Origin: Candidatus Omnitrophota bacterium
Lineage (GTDB): Bacteria > Omnitrophota > Gorgyraeia > JABMRG01
Direction: 5' to 3'
Assembly (NCBI GenBank): GCA_013202525.1
Contig: JABMQS010000036.1
Coordinates: forward strand, 1 to 47,668
DNA: 47,668 nt
In this document: positions 23,674-32,227 of the stretch, one piece after another
Layout of the letters: the number at the start of each line of letters is the position of its first letter
How positions within the stretch are numbered: the stretch's first letter is position 1
Notes under the pieces: model-generated
Seen by the model: only the letters and a program-made list of their open reading frames with translations
Told to the model about the DNA's origin: nothing
The model's database searches: none
Translations under genes and position numbers: made by a program

Positions 23674-23702
23674 AGTATATCATTAAGTGGTAATAAATTC
23701 AA
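23674..23702 (-). promoter_or_regulatory. sigma70-like promoter (TTGAAT-N17-TATACT with TG extension)
   Basis: Minus strand reads TTGAATttattaccacttaaTGaTATACT, 10 nt upstream of the ATG at 23664. Confidence 0.45.
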
Positions 23703-23728
23703 TCAAATTCTAGGGTCAAATTTGAGGA

Positions 23729-26602
23729 TCAGGGCCTCAGGGCCTTCTTCAGATAGGCGGCTGTGTAGGAAGATTTCCTTTTAATTATCTCTTCGGGCGA
23801 TCCGCAGGCTACTACCCTGCCACCCTTGTCACCGCCTTCGGGCCCTAGGTCTATTATGTAATCGGCTGATTTTATCACATCGAGGTTGTGCTCGATAATC
23901 AAGGCGGTATTGCCCTGATCGACGAGCCTGTTCAGCACAGACAAAAGTTTGCTCACATCCGCAAAGTGCAGGCCTGTAGTAGGTTCATCCAGTATATAGA
24001 GGGTCTTACCGGTGGCCCTCTTCGAAAGCTCTGAGGAGAGCTTTACCCTTTGCGCCTCGCCGCCTGAAAGCGTAGTAGCCGATTGCCCAAGCTCTACGTA
24101 ACCTAAACCTACGTCCTGGACCATCCTGAGCTTATCTCTTACAGCAGGTATGTTGCTGAATAGGGCGACTGCATCATCCACTGGCATCTCGAGAACATCT
24201 GATATGGACTTTCCCTTGTATCTGACCTCGAGCGTCTGCTGATTAAACCTCTTGCCCTTGCATACCTGGCATCTTATATATATATCCGGCAGAAAATGCA
24301 TCTCTATCTTCTTGACACCGTCCCCTTCACACGCCTGGCACCTTCCGCCTTTGACATTAAAACTGAACCTGCCCGGTTTATAACCCCTTACCCTCGCCTC
24401 GGGAAGCTTACTGAAGAGAGTCCTTATATGAGAAAACACGCCTGTATAGGTGGCCGGGTTGGAGCGCGGAGTTCTGCCTATGGGGGACTGGTCTATGACA
24501 ACGACCTTATCTATATGCTCTGAACCTACTATGCTTTCATGTCTTCCGGGCCGCTGCACAGACCTGTAAAATTTCCGAGCCAGGGCCCTGTATAATATCT
24601 CATCTATAAGAGTCGATTTCCCCGAACCCGATACCCCCGTAACGCAGGTAAACGTTCCGAGCGGGATATGGACATCTACATCTTTTAGATTATGTTCGCG
24701 GGCGCCTTTGATTATAAGCTCTTTTCTGCCTTTATAGGGCCTTCTCTTTCCGGGGCCCGTAACGAGAAGCTTGCCATTTAAATATTTTGCGGTCAGTGAA
24801 CCCTTTGCCTTCAACAGGCCTTTTGCAGTACCACTATATATGACCTTGCCGCCGTGGGTTCCCGCACCGGGGCCTAAGTCCACGACAAAGTCCGCACTCC
24901 TTATTGTTGCCTCATCGTGCTCTACTACAAGTATGGTATTGCCAAGGTCGCGCAGGGCCTTCAGGGTGGATAAGAGCTTGGAATTATCGCGTTGGTGCAG
25001 GCCGATGCTCGGTTCATCCAGGACATAGGTCACGCCGACCAAGCCTGCGCCGATCTGCGTGGCAAGCCTGATGCGCTGGGCCTCTCCGCCCGATAAGGTA
25101 GAACTTACGCGATCCAGCGTAAGGTAGCCGAGGCCGACATTCTTCATAAACCTAAATCTGTTCTGGAGTTCTTTTAGTATCTGCCTTGCTATCATGGCCT
25201 TTTCGGCATCGAGTTTAAGATCTTTGAAAAACTCCGATGCCTGCATGACAGAGAAGCTGCAAAGCTCTGCTATATCCTTGCCGCCGATCTTCACGGCAAG
25301 AGACTCTTTCTTTAATCTTGCGCCTTTGCACTGAGGGCAGGGCTGGATAGACATATAACGGTGAATATGCCTGCGCATATATTCGCTCTCTGTTTCCCGG
25401 AAGCGCCTCTCAAGATTCGGTATCACCCCTTCAAAATACTTTTCGCCTTCTGCGGCCTCAACGCTGCCATACAGGATGACCTTCTGTATGCGCCTGCTTA
25501 AATCCTTAAAAGGCGCATCAAGCCCGAAGCCATAATCATATGCAAGACCGTGAAGAAAGCGGCTGTAATACAAAAGAAGCGACTTTCCACCCTTGCGCCA
25601 TGGTTCTATAACGCCTTCCTTGAGCGACTTTGACTTATCGGGTATTACAAGGTCCGGGTCTATCTCCATCTTATTGCCCAGACCGTCGCACTTCGGGCAG
25701 GCGCCGTAAGGTGAATTGAAAGAGAACGCACGCGGTTCAAGCTCACCGTAGCTTATACCGCAATCCACGCAGGCGTTTTGTGTGCTATATAATTTATCGT
25801 ATTTCGTCCCTTGGCTTGGTTCGACTTTGCTCACCACAAGTCGCTCGGGACGAATCCTGAGCTTTGTCGAAAGATCCGTATCGGGTTGTTGCGATACTAT
25901 TATAAGGCCGTTGCCCACCTTAAGGGCTGTCTCCACTGAATCACTGAGCCGCCTGCCTATGCCTTCCTTTATTGATATCCTGTCTACCACGACATCTATG
26001 CTGTGCTTTCTCTTCTTGTCCAGGCTGATCTTTTCGTTTATATCAAGGATGCCCCCATCGACTCTACATCTCACAAACCCTTCTTTCTTTATCCTTGCAA
26101 AGATCTCCCGGTGCTCCCCTTTTCTTCCGCGTATAATCGGGGCGAGTATAAGCAGTGCGCTGCCTATGGGCGTCTTCAATATGGCCTCTATTATCTGCTG
26201 GGAGGTCTGCATGCTTATCGGCTTGCCGCACTTATAGCAATAGACCTTGCCGGCCCTGGCATATAATAACCTCAGGTAATCATGTATCTCTGTAATAGTC
26301 CCCACGGTCGAGCGGGGGTTGCCGCCGGCAATCCTCTGCTGAATAGCAATGGTCGGGGAGAGCCCTTCTATATAGTCTATATCGGGTTTCTGCATCTGCT
26401 CTAAAAACTGGCGGGCGTATGCGGAGAGGCTCTCTACAAATTTGCGCTGGCCTTCGGCATATATGGTATCAAAGGCGAGCGACGACTTGCCTGATCCGGA
26501 GAGCCCTGTTATCACGGTGAGTTTGTTCCGGGGCAGCCGCAGGTCAACAGACTGCAGATTATGTTCCCGCGCCCCTTTTACTACAATATAACCTTTTTCC
26601 AT
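23729..26602 (-). CDS. uvrA: excinuclease ABC subunit A
   Basis: 957 aa with two ABC ATPase modules ([26 protein letters not shown] twice) and zinc-finger Cys clusters. The collinearity is typical of UvrA. Confidence 0.95.
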   Translation of the reverse strand: MEKGYIVVKGAREHNLQSVDLRLPRNKLTVITGLSGSGKSSLAFDTIYAEGQRKFVESLSAYARQFLEQMQKPDIDYIEGLSPTIAIQQRIAGGNPRSTVGTITEIHDYLRLLYARAGKVYCYKCGKPISMQTSQQIIEAILKTPIGSALLILAPIIRGRKGEHREIFARIKKEGFVRCRVDGGILDINEKISLDKKRKHSIDVVVDRISIKEGIGRRLSDSVETALKVGNGLIIVSQQPDTDLSTKLRIRPERLVVSKVEPSQGTKYDKLYSTQNACVDCGISYGELEPRAFSFNSPYGACPKCDGLGNKMEIDPDLVIPDKSKSLKEGVIEPWRKGGKSLLLYYSRFLHGLAYDYGFGLDAPFKDLSRRIQKVILYGSVEAAEGEKYFEGVIPNLERRFRETESEYMRRHIHRYMSIQPCPQCKGARLKKESLAVKIGGKDIAELCSFSVMQASEFFKDLKLDAEKAMIARQILKELQNRFRFMKNVGLGYLTLDRVSSTLSGGEAQRIRLATQIGAGLVGVTYVLDEPSIGLHQRDNSKLLSTLKALRDLGNTILVVEHDEATIRSADFVVDLGPGAGTHGGKVIYSGTAKGLLKAKGSLTAKYLNGKLLVTGPGKRRPYKGRKELIIKGAREHNLKDVDVHIPLGTFTCVTGVSGSGKSTLIDEILYRALARKFYRSVQRPGRHESIVGSEHIDKVVVIDQSPIGRTPRSNPATYTGVFSHIRTLFSKLPEARVRGYKPGRFSFNVKGGRCQACEGDGVKKIEMHFLPDIYIRCQVCKGKRFNQQTLEVRYKGKSISDVLEMPVDDAVALFSNIPAVRDKLRMVQDVGLGYVELGQSATTLSGGEAQRVKLSSELSKRATGKTLYILDEPTTGLHFADVSKLLSVLNRLVDQGNTALIIEHNLDVIKSADYIIDLGPEGGDKGGRVVACGSPEEIIKRKSSYTAAYLKKALRP

Positions 26603-26633
26603 CTTCCCTGTCTTCCTTAAGGATCTCCAAATG

Positions 26634-26666
26634 CAAGAAGCCCCTTTTTAGATAAGGGGCTTCTTG
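26634..26666 (-). other. perfect 13-bp stem-loop between the poly-Lys mini-ORF and uvrA
   Basis: Stem CAAGAAGCCCCTT / AAGGGGCTTCTTG with a 7-nt loop. Only a weak T tract follows (CATTTGG). It ends 31 nt upstream of the uvrA ATG. Confidence 0.7.
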
Positions 26667-26692
26667 GCTAAGCATTGATAAATATTGAGAAT

Positions 26693-26782
26693 TTACTTCT
26701 TCTTTTTCTTCTTTGCTACGACCTTCTTCTTCTTTGCTACGACCTTCTTTTTCTTCTTTGCTGCTTTCTTCTTCTTTACCAT
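26693..26782 (-). CDS. possible 29-aa poly-lysine mini-ORF
   Basis: Encodes MVKKKKAAKKKKKVVAKKKKVVAKKKKKK. AAGGGGG lies 5 nt upstream of the ATG. At least 35 nt are identical to the tail-coding part of 26827-27156. It is too short for the ORF track. Confidence 0.35.
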   Translation of the reverse strand: MVKKKKAAKKKKKVVAKKKKVVAKKKKKK

Positions 26783-26826
26783 CACTACCCCCTTTGTTTT
26801 GTGTCACAATCAAAAGCGGTTTAATG

Positions 26827-27156
26827 CTATCTCTTCTTCTTTTTCTTTACGACCTTCTTTTTCTTCTTTGCTACCTTCTTCTTTGCTACGACCTTCTTTT
26901 TCTTCTTTGCTACGACCTTCTTTTTCTTCTTCTTACCGCCTCTTGCCATCTTGGCCATCGAAACATCGCCCTGCTTATCAATGAAATATAAATATCCAGC
27001 CTGTCTCTTTATGCCGGCCTTTACGACAACCTTGGGCGATCCGCCTTTCTTCTTACCGCGTGCCATCTTCGCCTTTGCAACATTACCTTTCTTATCTAAG
27101 TAATAGAGGTAACCTTTCTCTCTCTTTACCTTGCATTTCAAAACTTTAGTCGCCAT
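26827..27156 (-). CDS. small basic protein with duplicated N-terminal module and lysine-rich H1-like tail (nucleoid-associated protein candidate)
   Basis: 109 aa with GGGAGG upstream. There are two ~33-aa repeats (KRxxGYLYxxDKxGxVxxAKMARGxKK), then KKKKKKVVAKKKKKVVAKKKVAKKKKKVVKKKKKR. Confidence 0.6.
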   Translation of the reverse strand: MATKVLKCKVKREKGYLYYLDKKGNVAKAKMARGKKKGGSPKVVVKAGIKRQAGYLYFIDKQGDVSMAKMARGGKKKKKKVVAKKKKKVVAKKKVAKKKKKVVKKKKKR

Positions 27157-27247
27157 TTGTCTTTTTCACCTCCCTTCACACTTGTTTTTATCTTTTTTAT
27201 TTTACTCTTTTTTGCCGACGAGCGCAAGATTTTTTTTAAAATAAAAG

Positions 27248-27292
27248 AAAAAAAGAGACGGGCCCATTTTTTCCTTTAATTGGACCTGTCCC
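27248..27292 (-). terminator. probable Rho-independent terminator after nadX
   Basis: On the minus strand an imperfect 11-bp stem (GGGACAGGTCC ... GGGCCCGTCTC, including G:U pairs and one mismatch) is followed by TTTTTTT. Confidence 0.45.
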
Positions 27293-27298
27293 TATTTT

Positions 27299-28114
27299 TT
27301 ACGTGCCTATCCTCAGGTTCTCCTCGAGGATCTGCTTCAATGTAGCGGCCGCTGAAAGCGCTGCAAGAAAACTTGTCTTGGGATTTTCCGGAAAGGGCAT
27401 ATTCTCCGTGCGCGTAACGAGTCTTCCAAAGTCCCCTTCTATCTCTATCTCGTGCATGTTGACCATATATTCAGGCGATGTAATGATCCTCACGCCGGTC
27501 TTATTGGCACCTATGCCTGCAAGGCTGAGGATTGCCGAGACATTTACATTCTTTGGAAAACCCTTCACCGCCTCCCGGGCCGTGCCCTCAAAGATGACCT
27601 TCTCACCGGTTATCGAGTCGAGGTCTATTCCTTTCTCTAATATAAAAGGCGCGCCTCTTAAACCCTTAGGGGGCTTGCGTGTCGTCAGAGTCACCTTCTT
27701 TACCTTGCACATGCTGGCGGATTTGAGTCCGTCGAGGCCGCATATGGCTCCGCTGGGTAGAATGATTCGCGCCTTCTTCTCTCTGGCAAGCCTGAAGAGC
27801 CGGTTCTTGCCGAGGAGCCCGCCGGTGCTCATGATCATGACATCCTTGCCCTTTTCGATCGAGCTCTTGCATATCTTGGCGCTTATGCTGCCGGAGGCTG
27901 CCTCTATGATAAGGTCGGAGGCCTTGATCAACTTATCGAGCTCAAGGACAGGGGGCCTCTTAGAAAGTTTACCCGCAAGGAGCGCTGCCTTCTTCCTGTC
28001 TATGTCACAGAGCCCGGCGATCCTGGCGGTCTTACGAAATTCCTTATCTATCCTCTTTGCGAGAAACCCGCCTATTGCGCCGCAGCCTACGATCCCTATT
28101 CTTTTCATAGTCAT
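27299..28114 (-). CDS. nadX: L-aspartate dehydrogenase
   Basis: The Rossmann N-terminus is IGIVGCGAIGG. LPSGAICGLDGL, KPPKGL, FEGTAREAVKGFPKNVNV and FPENPKTS are collinear with the Thermotoga TM1643-type enzyme as I recall it. Confidence 0.8.
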   Translation of the reverse strand: MTMKRIGIVGCGAIGGFLAKRIDKEFRKTARIAGLCDIDRKKAALLAGKLSKRPPVLELDKLIKASDLIIEAASGSISAKICKSSIEKGKDVMIMSTGGLLGKNRLFRLAREKKARIILPSGAICGLDGLKSASMCKVKKVTLTTRKPPKGLRGAPFILEKGIDLDSITGEKVIFEGTAREAVKGFPKNVNVSAILSLAGIGANKTGVRIITSPEYMVNMHEIEIEGDFGRLVTRTENMPFPENPKTSFLAALSAAATLKQILEENLRIGT

Positions 28115-28123
28115 AGCCTTCTG

Positions 28124-29098
28124 TTATGTTCCGGATATGGAGACCCACTTCTTCTCGCCCGATACGGCAAGCATCCTGTTTACAGAACTATGGGCGCGCT
28201 TTCTTATCTCCTCCGGGACCTCAACCTTGTATTGCATAAACTCAAGGGAATGCGCGATCCAGCCCAGGGTCGTAAGCTTCATATTTGCGCAGAGAAGGCC
28301 CTCTGTCGGCAGATAGAACTTCTTGTCCGGGTTGTCCTGCCGCAGCCTGTAAAGCATCCCCATCTCTGTTCCGATTATAAATTCTTTCTTGTCGGACTTT
28401 TTCACATATTCGATCATGCCTCCGGTCGATGTTATACAATCGGCAAGTTCAAGGACGTCGGGGTTACATTCGGGGTGTGCCACAAACTCCGCGCCTGGAT
28501 AAAGCTTCTTTGCCGAGTTTACCTGATCAGGATGCACACATATGTGGGTTGGGCAAAAACCCTCCCATAGTATTATCTCTTTGTCGGGAACCTGTGTCTG
28601 CACATAACGGCCCAGGTTCTTATCGGGGACAAAGATGACTCTCTTCTCCTCAAGGGAACGGACTATATCAACGGCATTCCTCGATGTGCAGCAGATATCG
28701 CTCTCTGCCTTTATTGCAGCTGCTGTATTTACATAACAGACCACAACGGCATCGGGGTGCTTCTTCTTCGCATCCTTAAGAGACTCCGGCGTAATCATGT
28801 CCGCCATGGGACATCCTGCCTCTTTTACGGGCAGAAGGACCGTCTTCTCGGGGTTTAAGATATAGGCGGTCTCGGCCATAAAATGCACGCCGCAGAATAC
28901 GATGACATCGGAATCTATCTTTACCGCGGCCTTGCTTAGGCCCAGGGAGTCGCCGGTGATATCGGCTATATCCTGCACCTCATCCCTCTGATAATTATGA
29001 ACGATGATTACGGCATTGCGCTCCTTCTTCAACTCTATTATACGCTTCTTCAGATTATCAATATAACGCTTGTCATCTTCTTTTGTGTAATGTTTCAT
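28124..29098 (-). CDS. nadA: quinolinate synthase
   Basis: 324 aa with VHNYQRDEVQDIAD, GVHFMAETA and HPEC-type motifs. Three-domain NadA layout. Confidence 0.9.
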   Translation of the reverse strand: MKHYTKEDDKRYIDNLKKRIIELKKERNAVIIVHNYQRDEVQDIADITGDSLGLSKAAVKIDSDVIVFCGVHFMAETAYILNPEKTVLLPVKEAGCPMADMITPESLKDAKKKHPDAVVVCYVNTAAAIKAESDICCTSRNAVDIVRSLEEKRVIFVPDKNLGRYVQTQVPDKEIILWEGFCPTHICVHPDQVNSAKKLYPGAEFVAHPECNPDVLELADCITSTGGMIEYVKKSDKKEFIIGTEMGMLYRLRQDNPDKKFYLPTEGLLCANMKLTTLGWIAHSLEFMQYKVEVPEEIRKRAHSSVNRMLAVSGEKKWVSISGT

Positions 29099-29100
29099 AT

Positions 29101-29460
29101 CTATTCCTTTTTGATCTTGTTGGAATCATCCAAAACCAAAATCTTTGGATTAAATGTGGACGCCTCTTTCGATTCGACGAGGCAGTAAGATATAATGATC
29201 ACCTTGTCACCCTTCTGTGCCCAACGTGCGGCGGCGCCGTTCATGCATATGGTGCCGCCTCCGGCATCCCCCTCTATTACATAGGTCTCAATCCTTGTCC
29301 CGTTGTTCAGGTTTACGATCTGAACCTTTTCACCGGGAAAGATATCCGCAGCCTTAAGCAGCTCAGAGTCTATGGTTATGCTGCCTGTGTAATTAAGGTT
29401 GGCGTCGGTCACTATTGCGCGATGGATCTTCGACTTATAGATTGTTCTTAACATGGTCAC
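29101..29460 (-). CDS. panD: aspartate 1-decarboxylase
   Basis: [29 protein letters not shown] contains the Gly-Ser self-cleavage site. The start may be the ATG at 29454. Confidence 0.9.
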   Translation of the reverse strand: MTMLRTIYKSKIHRAIVTDANLNYTGSITIDSELLKAADIFPGEKVQIVNLNNGTRIETYVIEGDAGGGTICMNGAAARWAQKGDKVIIISYCLVESKEASTFNPKILVLDDSNKIKKE

Positions 29461-29515
29461 TCCCTGTTCTCGTGTTTTAGTGAATCGCTGTTAGCGAATC
29501 GTGAATCGTAAAAAA

Positions 29516-30364
29516 CTATTCACAATCCACTAATACGTTATCGATCAAACGTGTTCTGCCTATCCGGGCCGCAAGCGCTATCAAGGACTTTGCGCCCAGC
29601 CTATTCTGAGACCTCAATGTCTCCGGATCGGCTATGGTTATATAATCGATATGAATACCGGGTTTCTTTGATATCATGCGCCGCATCGCCGCCTTTATCC
29701 CGGCGCTTTCCCTGCATCCTGACCTTATCAGCTTCTTTGCCTCTTTCAGTGACTCATACAGGGCCGCGGCGTCTCTTCTCTGTTGAGGCGAGAGATATTC
29801 GTTACGTGAACTCATGGCGAGCCCGCCCCGTTCCCGCACTATGGGCATTGTCTTTATCTTAAGGCCCATGTTAAGATCTTTTACCATCCTGGTGATTACC
29901 ACTGCCTGCTGATAATCCTTCTGCCCGAAATAAGCAATGTCCGGCCTTACAATATTAAAGAGCTTTGCGCATACAGTGGTAACGCCTTCAAAGTGGCCGG
30001 GCCTTGATGCGCCGCACATATAGGAAGTCAGGCCTGAGACCTTGACCCTGGTCGCGTACCCTTTAGGATAGATCTGTTTGGCATCGGGGCAAAAGATGAT
30101 ATCGCAGCCTTTGTCCCTTGCGATCTTTCTATCCTGTCTTAAGTTCCGAGGATACTTTTTGTAATCCTCGTTTGGGCCAAACTGTATTGGATTTACAAAT
30201 ATGCTTACAACTACCAGATCGTTATCTCTGCGTGCCCTTCTTATAAGCGAGATATGACCTTCATGAAGATAGCCCATAGTCGGAACAAAACCTATGGTCT
30301 TTCCGCTTTCCTTGATCCTGGATGAGATGCGAAGCATCTCCTTAGAGTTCTTGACTACCTTCAT
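29516..30364 (-). CDS. panC: pantoate--beta-alanine ligase
   Basis: GFVPTMGYLHEGHISL and a downstream FGQKDYQQ motif. The ATG at 30364 was chosen; the track ORF extends 34 codons further 5' across the folK 3' end. Confidence 0.9.
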   Translation of the reverse strand: MKVVKNSKEMLRISSRIKESGKTIGFVPTMGYLHEGHISLIRRARRDNDLVVVSIFVNPIQFGPNEDYKKYPRNLRQDRKIARDKGCDIIFCPDAKQIYPKGYATRVKVSGLTSYMCGASRPGHFEGVTTVCAKLFNIVRPDIAYFGQKDYQQAVVITRMVKDLNMGLKIKTMPIVRERGGLAMSSRNEYLSPQQRRDAAALYESLKEAKKLIRSGCRESAGIKAAMRRMISKKPGIHIDYITIADPETLRSQNRLGAKSLIALAARIGRTRLIDNVLVDCE

Positions 30365-31058
30365 CTGCCTGGGTAGGCTCATTATCCTGGTTGGCTTCAA
30401 CCTCTTGAGCAGCCTCTTGCGGCGGGATATCTTCAGTTTCTGAGCAGCAAGGTTCATCTGTGCCAATATTCGCGCTGGGCGTCTCTAGATCCTGAAGCAG
30501 TTCCTTTATAGACTTTTTTAAGACGGGGTGGATAAGATCCGGGCCTATCTCTGAAAGCGGCCTTAATGCAAATAACCGTTCATGGAGACGCGGGTGCGGT
30601 ATGATAAGGTTATTTCCCTTCATGATAATATCGTCATAAAACATGACATCGAGGTCTATGCTGCGCGAGCCTTTTACCTCAGGCCCTGGATCCTGCTTGT
30701 CTGTATCCTGAGAAATGCCCTTCTCAAAATCCTTAAAATCAATGCTCCCTTCCTGCAGCATCTTAAGCTGTTCTTCACGGCTTACGCGCGGCGCGGAAGA
30801 GTCCTTTCTTCTGCCCATCTCCCCCTCGATCGACTTCAGGCAGTCGAGGAGCTCATCAGGATAGAGGCTCGTCTGTAACCTGCAGGCTGCATTCAGAAAC
30901 TTACCGCCTTCTACTGCCTGCTCAGACTCTGTCTCTATAACAGGGGAGACCTTTTCTACCTCAATGTTCCTTCTCTGTTTTAATTTTTCAATGGCTGTAT
31001 CTATATTCTTCTGCCGGTCGCCAAGATTGGAACCTATTCCTATATATGCAACGCTCAT
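30342..31058 (-). CDS. folK: 2-amino-4-hydroxy-6-hydroxymethyldihydropteridine diphosphokinase (HPPK) with internal insertion and acidic C-terminal tail
   Basis: AYIGIGSNLGDR ... SRSIDLDVMFYDD ... LIIPHPRLHERLFALRPL. At 238 aa it is about 80 aa longer than typical HPPK. Confidence 0.8.
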   Translation of the reverse strand: MSVAYIGIGSNLGDRQKNIDTAIEKLKQRRNIEVEKVSPVIETESEQAVEGGKFLNAACRLQTSLYPDELLDCLKSIEGEMGRRKDSSAPRVSREEQLKMLQEGSIDFKDFEKGISQDTDKQDPGPEVKGSRSIDLDVMFYDDIIMKGNNLIIPHPRLHERLFALRPLSEIGPDLIHPVLKKSIKELLQDLETPSANIGTDEPCCSETEDIPPQEAAQEVEANQDNEPTQADEGSQEL

Positions 31059-32224
31059 TTATGCAGCCTCTCGATCCTGCCCACCGCCTCTGCGAGCCTC
31101 TCTTCTGAAACGGTCAGGGCCATCCTTATATAGCCTTCCCCGTTTGGGCCGAATCCGACCCCGGGGGTGGTAACTATATCTGCCTTCTCCAATAATAACT
31201 TTGTAAGTTCGTTTGAGGTATATCCCGGGGGAACAGGGATCCAGGCATAGAATGTCGCCTTTGGCTTGGACACCTTCCACCCTATCCTGTTTAAACCATC
31301 CACGAGGGCGTCTCTCCTCGACTGATACATACTGTTTATCTCATCTACATGCGACTGATCGCCTTCCAGGGCAATGACCCCTGCAAACTGCACGGCCTGA
31401 AATATGCCTGAGTCTATATTGGACTTTACGGTTCTTAAGGCGGCGATCACCTCGGAATTGCCGCAGGCAAATCCTATTCTCCAGCCTGTCATATTATATG
31501 TCTTTGAAAGCGAGTGGAACTCAACCCCTACCTCCTTGGCGCCATCAAACTCCAGAAAACTTTGAGGTTTATATCCGTCAAAAGAGACCTCAGAGTAAGC
31601 GGCATCATGGCAGATTATAATATTGTTATCCCTGGCGAAATCGATCACCTTTCTGTAAAAGTCTTCTGTTGCGCATGCAGAGGTTGGGTTATTGGGATAA
31701 TTTATAAACATGATCTTTGCGCGCCTTGCAACCTGGGGGTCAATAGCATCCAGGTCGGGCAAAAAATCATTCTCCTCCAAAAGCGGCATCAGATATGGCA
31801 CGCCTCCTGCAAATATCGTACCCGACTTATAGGGCGGATAACAGGGGTCGGGTATAAGGACCTCGTCACCGTGGTTTATAAAAGCAAGCGGTATATGCGC
31901 GATGCCCTCTTTTGAACCTATGAGCGGGAGCACCTCGGTATCAACATCGAGTTCTACGTTGAAACGGCTCTTATACCAGCTTGTGATAGCCTCTCGCAGC
32001 TGCAGAAGCCCGGCGTCCATCGCATAACGGTGGTTCTGTGGATCACTGGCAGCCTTGTAGAGCTGCTCGATTATATGCATTGGTGTAGGTGTATCCGGAT
32101 CACCCACACCCAGATCTATTATATCCCTGCCACTCTGTATTGCTGCCTTCTTTATGCGGTCTATCTCTGCAAAAAGGTATGGCGGTAATTTTTTGAGCCT
32201 ATCTGCTGTCTCTATCTTTAGCAT
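31055..32224 (-). CDS. dapL: LL-diaminopimelate aminotransferase
   Basis: 389 aa. LPPYLFAEIDRIK...DLGVGDPDTPTP and SKTYNMTGWRIG mark a class-I aminotransferase, and it lies within the dap gene string. The subfamily assignment is inferred from context. Confidence 0.75.
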   Translation of the reverse strand: MLKIETADRLKKLPPYLFAEIDRIKKAAIQSGRDIIDLGVGDPDTPTPMHIIEQLYKAASDPQNHRYAMDAGLLQLREAITSWYKSRFNVELDVDTEVLPLIGSKEGIAHIPLAFINHGDEVLIPDPCYPPYKSGTIFAGGVPYLMPLLEENDFLPDLDAIDPQVARRAKIMFINYPNNPTSACATEDFYRKVIDFARDNNIIICHDAAYSEVSFDGYKPQSFLEFDGAKEVGVEFHSLSKTYNMTGWRIGFACGNSEVIAALRTVKSNIDSGIFQAVQFAGVIALEGDQSHVDEINSMYQSRRDALVDGLNRIGWKVSKPKATFYAWIPVPPGYTSNELTKLLLEKADIVTTPGVGFGPNGEGYIRMALTVSEERLAEAVGRIERLHK

Positions 32225-32227
32225 AAT

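Noticed and set aside
26603-26830. SOS (LexA) operator upstream of uvrA
   Set aside because: I found no CTGT-N8-ACAG or GAAC-N4-GTTC box. The palindromes present (tgtgacaca and the 13-bp stem) do not match known LexA consensus sequences.
26700-26935. CRISPR-like or minisatellite array
   Set aside because: The ~27-30-nt repeats are contiguous, lie in frame in coding DNA for the Lys/Val/Ala tail, and have no unique spacers.
26559-26991. Track ORFs 26559-26813 (minus, KEEE-rich) and 26685-26984 / 26713-26991 (plus, F/S/L-rich)
   Set aside because: They are alternative-frame or antisense readings of the AAG/AAA lysine-codon repeat DNA. The first also runs across the 13-bp hairpin into uvrA. The frame giving poly-Lys has the SD sequences.
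27303-28316. 337-aa plus-strand ORF
   Set aside because: It is antisense to nadX and nadA, which have strong family motifs. Its translation is low-complexity (S/P/L/R-rich), with no start context. It is a shadow ORF.
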